NCBI GenBank assembly: GCA_030390025.1
Contig: CM059433.1
Span: 17,362,001-17,426,000, forward strand
From: Squalus acanthias
Lineage: Eukaryota
Direction: 5' to 3'
DNA length: 64,000 nt
Position 1 is the first letter of the stretch. The number at the start of each line of letters is the position of its first letter. The notes beneath the pieces are model-generated. The model saw only the letters and a program-made list of their open reading frames with translations. It ran no database searches and was not told the DNA's origin. The translations under genes and the position numbers were made by a program. This document shows, one piece after another, positions 38,584 to 52,400 of the stretch.

Positions 38584-39714
38584 ATAGAATAAATAGAATC
38601 ATAGAAATTTATGGCAAAGAAGGAGGCCATTCGGCCCATCGTGTCCGTGCCAGCCGAAAAAGAGCTATCCAGCCTAATCCCACTCTCCAGCTCTTGGTCC
38701 GTAGCCCTGTTGGTTAAGGCACTTCAAGTTCTTTTTAAATGCGATGAGGGTTTCTGCCTCTACCACCCTTTCAGGCAGTGAGTTCCAGACCCCCACCAAC
38801 CTCTGGGTGAAAAAAGTTCTCCTCAACTCCCATCTAATCCTTCTACCAATTACGTTAAATCTATGCCCCCTGGTTATTGACCTCTTTGCTAAGGGAAATA
38901 GGTACTTCCTATTCACTCGGCCCCTCATAATTTTATACACCTCAATTAAGTCTCCCCTCGGCCTCCTCTGTTCCAAAGAAAACAATCCCAGCCTATCCAA
39001 TCTTTCCTCATAGCTAAAATTCTCCTGTCCTGGCAACATCCTCGTAAATCTCCACTGTGCCCTCTCTAGTGCAATCACATCTTTCCTGTAATGTGGTGAC
39101 CAGAACTGTATGCAGTACTCTAGCTGTTGCCTACCTAGTGTTTTACACAGTTCAAGCATAACCACCCTGCTCTTATATTCTGTGTCTCGGCTAATAAAGG
39201 AAAGTATCCCATATGCCTTCTTAACCACCTTACCTACCTGTCCTGCTACCTTCAGGGACCTGTGGACATGCACTCCAAGGTCCCTCTGTTCCTCTACGCT
39301 TCTCAATATCCTATCGTTTATTGTGTATTCCCTTGCCTTGTTAGCCCTCCCCAAATGCATTACCTCACACTTTTCCGGATTCAATTCCATTTACCACTTT
39401 TCTGCCCACCTGACCAGTCCATTGATATCTTCCTACAGTCTACAGCTTTCTTCCTCACTATCAACCACACGGCCAATTTTTTTATCATCTGCAAACTTCT
39501 TAATCATTCCCCCTACATTGAAGTCTAAATAATTGATATATACCACAAAAAGCAAGGGACCTAGTACTGAGCCCTGCGGAACCCCACTGGAATTAGCCTT
39601 CAAGTCACAAAAACACCTGTCGAACATTACCCTTCGCTTCCTGCCACGGAGCCAATTTTGGATCCAACTTGAAACTTTCCCTTGGATCCCATGGACTTTT
39701 ACTTTTCTGACCAG
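38584..39714 (-). mobile_element. CR1 LINE, 5'-truncated RT region
   Basis: [19 protein letters not shown] and KFADD; ORF 38674-39390 encodes the CR1 ORF2 C-terminus. Confidence 0.93.
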
Positions 39715-40111
39715 TGCTACAATGTTTTCTCCTAGTTTTCAACCCTTCTGTTTTGAAGATGGCGACTTTCTTTGGGGATACAGTTCCATGGGCATGGCAG
39801 CCTTCAATAGTTTACTCACTCTTCATGTATAAGGGTTGATGTCATTCGACTATCCAACTATTGGGCATTGCATCCGAGTCTGATTCTTAATCTTATTTGT
39901 CATCCACTTGTGTGCTTGCCGGCAAGGGTCATTAAATCATGATCAGGGGCCTGAACTCTCACTCATCTTTCCACTTGCTACTCCAGAGTCTCTGAGGCCA
40001 ACTGTAGTGCCCACTATCACGCTGACCAAGATTAGAATACTTAGCACAGGCCAAGGGATTCAACCTAGGGCCTTTCTGACCCTTTGGGACCGATAGTAAC
40101 CCTCCCACAAT

Positions 40112-40840
40112 GGGCAGAATAGGGTCCGGGGGGATGGGGGTGGGTTAAAAATTTAAAATCGCGAAACATGACCCCAACCCACTGCATATGCGCTTGCTGA
40201 CATTTTTGCGGCTTCAGCTTGCAAGGCGTGCCTGTGTCCCGCTCTCGAGAGGGTGGACACTTCATTAGAATATTTAAATCAGGCTGCCACAGTGCAGTTG
40301 GGAGCCTGTTTTAATTTAAACTTGTTGGCGGGGGTTCCCAGGGTTCGGAAAATCTGGCAGCACAGTGGAGATGGGAGCTGCCGGATCAAGCCGGCAAGTG
40401 CTTTTTATGGCACTGCTTGTGAGCCAGCAGGAGTAGCAGTGCATCCCCCGTTCCCTCAAGCAAACCTTCTGCCGATTGTGGCCTCTCCTCGCTGCCGAGA
40501 TCGGCCGACCTCACCCACCAAGCCGCCATCTGTTTCTCCCTGCCTCCCGATTGGTGTGCTCCAACCCTCGCACCAAGCCCCGATCTTTCCTGATTGCTGG
40601 GGACCATCCCCATTGGTCCCTGGCCCTAGTCTTCTACTGCTGACTTTCTCACCCGTCAACTGGCCAGCCTGTCCATCTGTTCGGCTGTCGGGCAGGAAAC
40701 GGAATAAAAAAGTGATAATGAGACCCTGCGGTTAAATTCGGCAGGACCTATGCGTCCCTGGGATTCCTGGGTTTCCCACCCCCCCTCCCCCCGCAACTGC
40801 GTTCCCACTCCCTCCCCGCCTCCCCGTAAATATCAATTCC
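40112..40840. mobile_element. Degenerate MITE-like element
   Basis: Begins AC-AAT-GGGCAGAAT like other Harbinger MITEs; GC/CpG-rich; right TIR unclear. Confidence 0.45.
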
Positions 40841-40855
40841 TTTGTCTCAGTATGG

Positions 40856-41292
40856 AAAGAAAGAAAAGAAAGATTTGCATGTATATAGTGCTTTCCACAA
40901 CCTCAGGACGTCCAAAGTGCTTTACAGCCAATGAAGTTCTTTTGGAGTGCAGTCGCTGTTGTGATGTAGGTCCCACAAGCAGCAATGTGATAATGACCAG
41001 ATAATCTGTTTTAGTGATGGTGGTTGAGGGATAAATATTGGCCCAGGACACCGGGGAGAAACCCCCCCTGCGCTTCTTCGAAATAGTGCCATGGGATCTT
41101 TTACGTCCACCTGAGAGGGCAGATGGAGCCTCGGTTTCACATCTCATCCAAAAGACGGCATCTCCGGCAGTGCAGCACTCCCTCAGTACTGCACTGGAGT
41201 GTCAGCCTAGATTTCGTGCTCAAGTCCCTGGAGTGGGACATGAATGCACAACCTTCTGAGAGGCGAGAGTGCTACCCACTGAGCCACGGCTG
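40856..41292 (-). mobile_element. tRNA-derived Deu-domain SINE with L2-type tail (SacSINE1-like)
   Basis: Minus strand has head TGGCTCAGTGGGTAGCACTCTCGCC, core GGACGTAAAAGATCCCATGGCACT and an L2-like CTATATACATGCAAATCTTT end. Confidence 0.85.
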
Positions 41293-42989
41293 ATGCCTAC
41301 CATCCGGGTAGGCCTGGTCACAAATGTATTAGATTTCAGACCAGGGATCAGTACATTTACCCAGTAAACCAATGAAGACTCAGCATAGACCAGAGATTGG
41401 GGCCTTTACTCAGTAAACCATTGGGAAATCAGGACAGGCCAGGAAAAGCCCACTAAACCCGTAGAGGGAGACACACTAGAAAAAGGACAACTTCTGTTGA
41501 ATTTATGTGCCTTGCTTTGTGGAGTGTTTTAGTTCAGTGTTGTCCAATAGAAATCACTGACTAGCCACAGGCATGGCCATGGTGAAACCATTTTAGCCAC
41601 ATGCACTAATTCTAGTAGAAAACACCTTGCATACAATACTGGTAAATGTACTTCATGTGCATATTTACTTACCAAGCCATTCAGCGCTAAACTTTTCAAG
41701 TATTTCTCTTTCACCAAAGTTTGGAATTCTGGCACACTTTATCAGACACGGCACATCTTAGTGCAGCTTCTAAGTTTTTGTCCAGCAGACTTCATCAGAG
41801 TGCGGGCTGAGAATGTTGAGTCGCAAACCAAGGCGCTCCTGCTCTCCACCCAGAACGTGATTGGATGCTGCTTCCCCTTGCCGTGACGTCTCCTGTTGGA
41901 GCTGTTCGTTCATGGTTGGATGTGCTTTCTTCTGCTTGCCTGGAGCGGTTATTCTGACTGCTCGCACTGACCACGATGACAGCTCCCTTCTCCGTACAAT
42001 GTTACACCTAGTGTTTCCATGGTGCTGACATCTGGTGTTTTCATGGGTGTTACACATCATTTTAGCAGATTAGCAATAAGCAGCAATCAAGGAAGTAAAG
42101 CACACAAAGGCCAAGAAACACTCTGATTTTCATCTTACTATTTTACCAACAAGCACACAAAAAGGTTAAAGTACACATGCATATCATGTGCCCAATGATA
42201 GTGTCTAGTTATCATTTTTAATTATCATTCCTAAATAAAAATGCAATTGCCCATCTAGACTCCCAATTAGCCACATGCAGCTAGTGGTTAATGCATTGGA
42301 CAACACTATTTGGTGAGGTTGTTGATCCCATGAAGTTTTGGACCTGTGGGCTGACAGTTGGTTAATTCGATATCGTAATATTTTATTGTAACATTAAGGT
42401 ACTGAGTAACAGTTTTTGATCCATCCGATACGAGGCACCAGGAGTAAATGGGAAGGCCCTCTGTTTACGACTCGGACATGTCTCTTCTAATCTCGGCCAT
42501 GCCTTCTGTGTGTATTCACGTGCGCATTTTGGTTGCCACTGCCAAGCCCATTACTGCCGTCTCCCTTTATCGTTCTCTTGACTTCTCTTGCGCCCTTCTC
42601 TCCTTCTTGTCACCCAGTCCAACCACCTTTTATTTCTCACCTCTTGGATACTTGCCCTCCCCTCCCTATCCCAACCCATCGCTACAGTATATCTGGGGCT
42701 TGCATGTTTAGGTACAGAGCGGGGGAGTGGGACTATTAGGATAGATCTTTCAAAAAGCCGGCATAGGTAAGCTGGGCCGAATAGCCTCCTTCTGTACTGT
42801 AAGGTTCTATGTTTCTATATTACTCTTTTGCCTTCCTCCTCTCCTGCCACTCAACCAGGCTTGAATCCCCATTGGACAGGCCCACAGCTGCTACTCTGTG
42901 CCTCTCTCAGCATTCTCAGATGGCACATTGAGGCATATATCACTGCCTCTTTACGAGCAGCAGCGTCAACTGTCCCATCCTCCTCACTT

Positions 42990-45927
42990 GCCGACCTTCC
43001 CGCCTAATGCACCCACTAAGGGCTGACCTCACCAACCTCCTTCGTATCCCGCTCACCCCACCACCATTATCCCCATGGACTCTGACAGCAGATCAGTCAC
43101 CGCCCCTCTACGCATTTCCCTCACTTAAGAATAAGGCCCTTTTCCCTCCACGACTTTATTGCATTCCCACCTTAGCTTTAACTGAAACTTGGTTCACGGT
43201 TGGCCACACCTTAAATACTTCCCTCTCTTCTCTGGCACCTTCTCTTCCTTTGAGCTCCTCACCTTGTGCCATCTCTCTGCAGCTCCCCCAATCCCCACCT
43301 CGTGTTTCTTTCCCAAAATATCCTCCCTCCGTTACTCCTTCAGTCTCTGCACAGCTGCAACTCCTCATCCTCAGTGATTTTAGTCTTCATGTCAGTTCCC
43401 CTTCTACCTGCTCCTCTGAATTCACTGCTCTCAACCCTCCATATAAACGCTCCTACCCAGATTCACGCCCACTCCCTTGACCATGTGGACTCTCTACGCT
43501 ATGGTCTCAATCACCGACAAGGTCGTCTCCAACTTTGTATCCCTCACTACTCACGCCACATTCCACTCCGCTTCTTTCTGCATCCTTCCCTGGAGAAATT
43601 CTCCTCAAGTTATTTACAATTGCACTTCCAAAGTTCCAACTACCTTGCCTTTGGCTTTCCATTCACCACAATACTTTTGCAGCTTTCGATTAGCTCATCC
43701 ACTCCCTCACGTCCTCCTCTGATGCCCTTTTCCCCAACAAAACCTTCATTCACCCATCCTGATTGTTCCCCCTCGTACGGCCTCCATTTTCGCACCCGCA
43801 AGTCCAAGGGACGAAGGCTTGAGCGTATCTGAAGCACAGCTAGTTTAACCATCCATCACCAGATCTGGCTGGACCACATCAAGCATGATAAGACCTCACT
43901 CTCCTGTGCCAAAACTACCCACTACTCCAGGGTCATCCTGGACAGCAAAGTTAACCACCAGTTTCTTTTCTCCACTACAAACTGTTTCCTTAAACCACTC
44001 ATCTCCAACAAGGAGTGCAACAAGCTCATGGATTTATTTGCTAATTAGGTTGAGACCATCCGTTCGGCTGCCTCTGATACTTCTCCTTCTTCTCCTTGCC
44101 CAACAAGCCAAATTCTCTCCAGGATCCACCCTGTCCTAGACCTGAACCTGTATCTCTTTCTAGTTTCTGCCCCATGCCCTCTGTAAGCTCAACTTGTCCA
44201 TGAGACCCACCTCCTGCTCCCTTGACCTTATTTCCACTTAACTGCTGACCACCGAACTTCCTTTCCTGTCCCCCGCTCCCACGTTAGTTGACATTGTAAA
44301 TGTTTCCCTTACCTTCAGTACTGGCCCACTCCCTTTCAAAACCACCATCATCACCCCTCCCTTAAAAAAATACTCTTGATCCCTCTGTTTTCGCAAACTA
44401 CCACCCCATCTTCAACCTCCTTGTTGTCACCTCCCATATCTATGCCCATCTTTCTTGCAATTCCTTGTTTGAATCTCTCCAATCAGGTTTCCACCCACAG
44501 TACTGAAACAACCCAAACCAAAGTCACAAATAACATCCTCAGTGACTATGGTGCATTATCCCTCCTTCTCCTCCCCGACATATCTGCAGTCTTTTGATAT
44601 GTTCGCTCACACATAGGACCATAGGAACAGGAGTAGGCCATTCAGCCGGTTTAGCCTGTTCCGCCATGCAATTAGATCCTGGCTGATCTGTATCTTAACT
44701 CCATCTACCTGCCTTGGTTCCGTAACCCTTAATAGCCTAACCTAACAAAAATCTATCAATTTCACCTTTTTGCGGGAGAGAGTTCCAGATTTCCACTACA
44801 CCAATGGCTCTCCTCCATCACACAGCTCAGTGGGTCTGTCTTCACTTAGTTTTATTCCTAGCTATCCGATTGTAGCCAGAGCAACTCCAGCAATGGCTTC
44901 TCGTCCCGCCAGCGCACTGTTACCTCTGGAGTCACATGGGGATCTATCCTCGTCCCCCTCCTGCTCTTCATCTACATAATCCCCAAACATGGGGTCAGCA
45001 AGCCACAGGTACGCTGACAACACCCAGCTCCACCTCTCCACCACCTCTCCTGTGCCTCTTTGTTGTGACGTTGCTTGCCTGGCATCTGGTCTTGGATGAG
45101 CTTCAGTTTTCTCCAATTAAACACAGGGAAGACTGAAGCCATTGTCTTCGGTCCCTGGCACAAACTCCGTAACCGTACCCTTGCCATCGATTCCATCCCT
45201 CTTCCAGGACACTCTCAGGCTGAACCAGACTGTTCGCAACTTCAGTTGCCTATTCAACCCTAAGCTGAGTTTATAACCTCATTTCCTCTCCATCGCAAAG
45301 ACTTCCAACTTCCAGCTCCGTAATCTTGCACGCCTCCGCCCCGCTTCAGCCACAACTGCCACTAAAGCCCTCATCCATGCCTTTTGTCACCTCCACACTC
45401 AACTATTCTAATGCTCTCCTAAGCAGCTTCCCATCCTGCACTCTCTGTAAACTTCAGCCCATCTAAAACTCTGATGTCCACACCCTATCCCACACCAAGT
45501 CGCACTCATCCATCACTCCAGTCCTCGCTGACCTACATCCAGTCCCCCAACATTTCAAATTTTAAATTCTCATCCTCATGCTTAAATCCCTTCTTGGCCT
45601 CGCCCCTCCCTATTTTTGTAATCTCCTCTAGCCCGATAACCCTCTTCAGCCCCAATTAACTGTTCCTCTGACTCTCACCTCACCCCTCCATTTGTGGCCT
45701 TGCCCTCTGACATCTAGGCCCACTCCTCTGGAATTTCCTCCCTGAACCCCTCTGCTTGTCGACCTTCCTCACCTCCTCTAAACCCAACTCTTTGACCAAG
45801 CTGTTGATCGCTCCATTTTATATCTCTCCTTTAGCTTGGAGTTCAATTTTTGTGTACTCCTCTATTAAGCACCTTGGGTTGGTTTTTTTTATACAGTAAA
45901 GGCGCTATATAAATGCAAGTTGTTGAC
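42990..45927 (+). mobile_element. Long degenerate L2 LINE, with a CR1 3' fragment nested at ~44613-44800
   Basis: LALTETW (endonuclease), HSTETTQTKVTNNIL and LQLNTGKTEAIVFGP; ends AAAGGCGCTATATAAATGCAAGTTGTTG. Confidence 0.85.
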
Positions 45928-46656
45928 TGTACAATTTATAATTTATGCCTGCAAAAGTGTGTGTATCCTTTTTCCTCTGTCTCGACCTCCCGTACCTCCA
46001 ATGTGTCACAGAACCATATGTCCTTTCAGCTCATTTATGTAATCAGTCTTCCAAGCATGCTGATGATGTGTTTAATCTTAAAATGGCTGTTCCACAAACA
46101 TTTATTGATTTAAATTTTAAATTTATTTAAAACATTTGAGAACCCACATACTGAGAAGTTCGTGAGTGACAATGTAACGATGCTTTCATGAAATTACTGG
46201 AATGTCTACTTAAAATAAGTTACTTCTGAACATTCATGGTGTAACAACAGCTGTGTGTTTACAAATGCATTTTTTATCATGTTAACTGCTTTTTTGAAAT
46301 AAGCATTCCGGTTGAATTCTCAAATTTTCGTGCTCATGCTTCAGCAACCAGAGATTTTCCATTTAATTCAGGAGATTCTGGTATATCTGAAATCCAGATT
46401 ATGTAAGGCAGGTGAACTCCAGTACCTCTTTTTTTCCCCTCAACCCACGTGTGGACAATTTGTGACGCTTAGTATTTTAATGCACTGAGTCACTTAATCA
46501 ACAGCTTCAGCTGGAAAGTTGGCATGATTTTCTTAGCTCCCCCCGCCCCCCTCCCCCTACAAGTGTTCAAAATCTTTGAGGCTTTTACACAAGTGGAATT
46601 TGATTGCGTACCAGGAAAGCAGGATTTCTGGCTTATGTTACCTCGGCAAACGCCAT

Positions 46657-48852
46657 GGCCTAGAAATTGGTGATTGCTTAAAAACTTGCTGGTACCGCCG
46701 CGGGCCTCGGGTTAACGGCCGCCGAGAATAATGGCGCTGGCGGGGCCAGGATATTGGCGCTGGTTGCTAATTAACATTAGCCCAGCGCTAAACTTACCGT
46801 GTAGGCCCGTTTCCGTGGCGGTAATCCCGGCAGGAGGCCCCAATGTAGCGTGGCCGTAGCGTCGTGGCAGCAAGAACAGCCCTCTCTTAAAGCAAGGCTG
46901 TCATTTTAGAGAGCAGTGCAGCCCCTTAAAGGGGAACTGCCTTCTAAAATGAAAAAAAAAAATCACTTAACAATGGGTCGTTTTTAACCCTTACCGCTCA
47001 ACTGCCTTCTGACAAAAAAATTAACATGAAAAAGAATTCCCAAATGGCAGTCTTCAGCTCTTAAAGCTGAATTGCCTTCTGCACCTAAAATAATGGGAAA
47101 TGTGCTTCAGCACCAACACAAATGGCTCCGCAAGCCAGGGAAGGGGCACCCAGGGTCTCACACGCAGCACTCCATCTTAGTGTAGGGGGTCAGCACTGCA
47201 AGAGAGGTCCTGTACCCACAGGGGCCAGGAGGCCCTCCAGAAAGAACGATTTGGGACCAGATCACCGAGGCCGTCACTGCCAGCATTGTCGCCCCTAAAG
47301 AAGCTTCATGACCTCAGATCAGTGGTCAAGGTCAGTGAATGCAGCTTCAAAAGCCATCTCCTGCCTACTGCACCACTAGCCTCACACACTTCTCAATGCA
47401 CGACACCCCCACCCCACAATGACTCACCTACCAACAATTTGTACCAAACACGAGGCACACCTCCCATTCCTAGATCCACCTCACACCCTTGGAGGAGACG
47501 GTGTTGGCCATTCTTGGCAGGGGCATGGCTGAGCCCTTGACCTGTGGCGGAGCTGAAAGGATACAAGATGCGGGTATCCTCATACGTTATCCTCCTTCTC
47601 GCATGCACTTCTTGCTTTCCCACCCTCCCCTCACCACAACCCCACCCTTGTGCCTTCCTCATTTCACACACCCAAGAAATGCAGCCTGCCCAGCCAGTGG
47701 TTGACCAAGAAGAGGGAGAGGAGAGTGAAGAAGAAGAAGCAGAAACACTGTCACTCGATTTGACACTCCCAGCCAACAGCTCCTCAAGGTCGACCAGCAA
47801 GGCCATTTGCAGTGTCCCCCACTGAAAGTCAGCAGCCTTCCACCAGCCATGCTGCAGCCACTGGGGTAGCACTGCGTGACATCAGTAGAATAGACAAAGG
47901 CACACGCAAGACAGTCACTAAGGGAATGCATAAGGGTGATTAATTGATTTCTTGATGTCATATTGCATGGATAGATGTATAAAATTGGATTAGAAAGTTT
48001 GCTTTGTGGTGGCTTTTACTTCAGAATTGTGGCCAAGAGGACGCTGTGATGGTCAGTATCGCAGGGAAGGTAAGGTGTGGGACAAATGTTGAAAGGGGAA
48101 TTGGGGTTGTGGTCACTGGTACTGCATTTGGATCATTCCATCCCGGATATCCCGGCCAGAAAGGAGCTCTCCGGGTTGCATCCTTCCTTCTGCTTCCTCC
48201 TCTTCTGCGTCTTCCTCTTACCTCTGTGAGCGGATGCTAGAAATAAAAGCATAAAATGCTGGAAATACTCAGCAGGGCAGGCAGCATCGTGACCTGAGAC
48301 GTGAACTCTGTTTCTCTTTCCATGGATGCTGCCTGACCTGCTGATTATTTCTAGCATTTTCTGTCTTCTCAGAGGCTTCTTTACCAGCTGAGGTCTTGCA
48401 AATGTCCAGCAGCACTCCATGCACACTTTAAAAACATTTAACATCTATTGCACCAAGCCACTACTTCAATAATTATTAAAAAATCCAGTCCAAAAAGCTT
48501 AAATGCAAACTTACCTGAAAGACGTGTGTGTCCCTTTAAGAAGTGCTGACATCGTCTCTGTCAGTCTGCTGCACACTCGCTTTACAGAGTGAGCTTAGAA
48601 CCCAACGCTAAACTCAGCGCAAAGGTCCCAGTTCACAGAGCGTGACGTTAAGTTGGTGTTGCACGGCAACTGACATCACGCTCTCCGTATTTACATCTCC
48701 AGGGCCAGCGCTGCTATCGGCAGCGCTGAGGCCCTCACCAAAATGGCGGCCGCCGAGTCCCATGCCAGAGGCGGGCGTCAGAGCAGCGGCCGCCATTTTT
48801 TTCCAGGATTACGGCACAAATGGGTGGCCATAAGTAGCCCAATTTCTGGGCC
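46657..48852 (+). mobile_element. Non-autonomous Harbinger derivative with CAT TSD
   Basis: TIRs GGCCTAGAAATTGG / CCAATTTCTGGGCC; TSD CAT/CAT; Myb/SANT remnant MAPQAREGAPRVSHAAL...REVLYP from ~47122. Confidence 0.85.
48238..48365. repeat. Fold-back hairpin element, probably Penelope-derived
   Basis: 36-bp inverted arms at 48253-48288 and 48325-48360 with 3 mismatches; a single arm recurs at ~55995-56050. Confidence 0.65.
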
Positions 48853-49439
48853 CATGTGCCTCTAATCCTACCACTCCCTGTGAATCTTCTTTTGATCCAT
48901 CCCCATTTAACTCTGCTCTTCCCCTCCCTCGCTACACCCTCCTTCAGCTCCCTCCCTCGCTCCAACCCCGATGCCCCCATTTTTCATTTGTTCTTCCTAT
49001 TTCCTAGTTCCTTCTCCAGCCCACTCCATATGACTCCAGTTCCTCTAACTGGCCCAGTATTTCATTATCATTTTTCAGAAAGCTAGGTGAAGGAGCATTA
49101 GCCATAGTGCAGGACTGAAACGAGTAAAAGAGGAGACAGATCAAGCAGTAGTGACGCAGACTTTGGATTTTTATAGATTGCAGGAGGATGGAGTGTTCAG
49201 ATCCAGGGAAACGGTTTGTGATGGTAAGAGACAATGCAATGAGTGTTGATTTCAACACAGTCAGAACACAGAGAGACGGGTGAACATGTAGGATGGTGTG
49301 TTTGGAGTTTTCGAAGAAAATGGAATGGCCCAGTGTCAAATTCCATAAAGTAAACAAAGCTTGCAACAGAGAGCGAGAGACTAGAGGTCAGAGAAGCTTT
49401 ATCCGTCCTCTGGTCACCTCAAAAATCTGCCCTCTATTT

Positions 49440-49770
49440 CTAGAATATCTACCCTGCCCAACCCATTTATAATTTCAAAGACCTATATCTGGTCACTTCT
49501 AAGTCTTCTCTTTTCGAAAGAAAAAAGCTTCAACCTGTTCAGTCTTTCTTGACAGCTGTAATCTCTCAGTTCTGGTACCACTCTTGTACATCTTTTTTGT
49601 GCTTTCTCCAGTGTTTCTATGTCCTTTTTATAGTATGGAGACAAGAACTGAACTGTGCACAGTACTCTAAGTGTGGTCTGACCAGGGTCCTATACAAGTT
49701 TAACATAACTTCACTACTTTTGAATTCTACACCCCTAGAAATAAATCCCAGTGCTTTGTTAGCAAACTAA
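49440..49770 (-). mobile_element. Old CR1 fragment
   Basis: Minus strand encodes LNLYRTLVRPHLEYCAQF. Confidence 0.75.
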
Positions 49771-50009
49771 AGAAAATTATGAGGAATATAGACCATGTCG
49801 TGGGGAGGTGACGAGAGAGATTAGAACAGAAGTGAGATGAAGAGGCTTTGACCACAGATTGTCCTGGGGACAGGAGGGTAGCCTAAGTAACATGTCTGTT
49901 CAAGAAGGGAGAGAGAATAAGCCAGGTTATTGACTGTCCCTCAGTTATAATATCCTTTCTACTCTAATTGTGGCCTAAACATTGCCTTTGGAGCAAAAAT
50001 ACATTGATA

Positions 50010-50550
50010 AATTTATCCAAGGCAATGTTTAGGCCACAATTAGTGTAAACTTTTGGGCACAGAAAGCCAGAAAGAGTATACAGTGTAGATTCACCAGGAT
50101 GATACCAGGGATGAGAAAATATCGTTATGAGGAGACACTTGAGATACTGGGATTATTTGAATGGAGCCGACAAGGCTAAGAGAAAATTTAATGGAGGTTT
50201 TTAAAATTATGAAGGTTTTTGATAAAGTGAATAGAGAAAGACTATTTCTACTAGGCAGTAAGTGTCAGTTTAAAATGATCATTAATAGTGTGAGGAAAAA
50301 GGTTTGGAAAAATGCCTTTACCCGAAGAGTTGTTGGAGCATGGAATGCTTTGATGCAGGGAATAGTTGAGTCAAAGATCATTGCAACATTTGAGTGAAAG
50401 TGGAGAAATATTTGAAGCTGAGGAAGATAAAGGGCTGTGGGGAGACAGTGAGGCAGTGCAATTCATTTCGGATTACTGTAGCAAAGAGCCGACCCAGCCA
50501 TGAAGGGAAGAATAGTCCCCTTCTGTGCAGTAACTTCTACGGTTCTATGT
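50010..50550 (+). mobile_element. Old CR1 3' fragment
   Basis: RLRENLMEVFKIMK...NAFTRRVVGAWNAL followed by a CR1-type 3' UTR. Confidence 0.75.
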
Positions 50551-51732
50551 GGAAGTAGGTGATCTTTGTGGTGACTAAGATACAGGGTTCGAAGCTCAAC
50601 TGGGGCATTGAGGTGTGCACTGTCAGGTTCAAACTGAGGCAGGGAGAGGATGGAGTCTGAGGCTAAGGAGAGGAATGTTTGGCACAGTTGCACAACTTGT
50701 TTATTCAGGACTTGATGTTAGCTAAGCAGATAGCATAGAGGTGGCCAAGGAGCCAAGTCTAGGCGCAGAGAGGTAGATCATCTGTGCCACACGTATGAAA
50801 AGTGACCTCATGCTTAAGAATGATGTCACTAACCACGCCTGCATGAGGGAAAGTCGGGGGCCAAGGTGAATCTTTGAGATGTACCTGAGATGAGAAGCCA
50901 TCGCCTCCCCATCCAGATTACCTCCCACCGTCTGATCGCCTCTCAACCTGCCCTCCCTTCAATCGCCTGCTCCGCTCCAGGACCTACCTGAGGGCCAGAA
51001 ATTTCTATCCGCTTCACCTGTGAGCAGCCTAATTTAAATGAGGACCACGGCTCACTATCGAGTGTGCTTCAGACCTTCCCGTTCCAGCGCAGAAACCGTT
51101 CCCCACGCCCAGTTCGAACCGGCAAGCCGACTCGATACAATGGAGTGTAAAGCAATATATGCAAATCGTGTTAAATAAAATGGGAGCAAAAATGGACATT
51201 AGACTGATCCAGGCAGAAGTACTGAGTGGATTTTTGTGGCATACTGGCAAATGTCCAAATTCCAGCAGCATGAAACCAACCCCTGTGGTGGGTTCTTGTT
51301 GACAATGGCAGTGATTTGTTATGCATAAAACATCCAGATCTATTGCACTTCCAAGGTTATATTTCAAATGATCAGTGCTTTGACAAAACTTTTGAAATGT
51401 TGTATATCCACAATGTGATGTTTCAACGCCATAATAGATCATAGCATGGATGTGGTTCGCAGCCTTATTTATGTGCAATTTATGTGGTTGTGCATAAAAT
51501 CAATATTTTAGGATGTTTGCTGACTTTTATGAGAAAAAAATATTCTTCTATCTACGTGTGGCACCCCAGATATGGTAAAACATTCTGCTGGAGTTGGCTA
51601 AAATGTAAGTGTTTAAAGACAGTTATCTTCATTTAAGGAACAAGCTGGACATTGCTTCGTCTAAGTTATGTTTAATCTACAATATTACAATATTTAAGAT
51701 TATTGGATGTTGTTTACAGTCAATTCCTTTTA

Positions 51733-52213
51733 AGGCCAAAATTCCTTGGGACTTAATCCCAGCATAACCGTGAGATCATGCACCCCAATGCCCTCCAGCG
51801 CTGACCCTGCCGGGGGTCAGTGGGAGGTCACCTAAATTTACATCGGGCAAGCACGTGGAAGCATCACTATTGGGCCGATGAGCAAGAATATGAAAAAAAA
51901 AAATGGCTCCATCTTTGGGAGTCCCGGCCACCTCCCTGTCCTGGTGCCTACCTGTGGGGCCCACTTTCGCACATCCGGAGGCCAATATGCCACCACTCAT
52001 TTGGCGTACTGGCCTCCAGAGGTACGTCGGGGCCAGACTGAGACCACTGTAGGGGGTCCTTGCCCCAACTCCACCTCCCTGGCTACATTTGCCCCTCGCA
52101 GGACAAATCCAAAATTCCAAGAAATGCCAGAAATCCAGCCCAACTTGGTCACTGCCGTATTCCGAGGGGTTTCTGCCGGCCTCCCAGCAGAAGCACCGAG
52201 GAATTTCAACCCC
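51733..52213. mobile_element. Degenerate Harbinger-type MITE
   Basis: Imperfect TIRs AGGCCAAAATTCCTTGG / CCGAGGAATTTCAACCCC; GC-rich interior. Confidence 0.5.
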
Positions 52214-52400
52214 GCTTACTTTAGGGGCTGCTGCAAACTGGACATCCCTTTCTATTTTCCTTCCACTATTTACGAACTGCAACGCAGCCGACACATGAGG
52301 CTAAATGGTTTTTAAGCCACGTGTGGAACAATCTATAAAACGCAGCACAGTAATTTTGTAAAAGCTACAATAAAATCCATTAAATAGCTAGTTAGAGAGT

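Noticed and set aside
51029..52315. 145-172-aa ORFs at 51029, 51776 and 51878
   Set aside because: They overlap GC-rich MITE-like sequence, have no domain motifs and show no splice-consistent structure.
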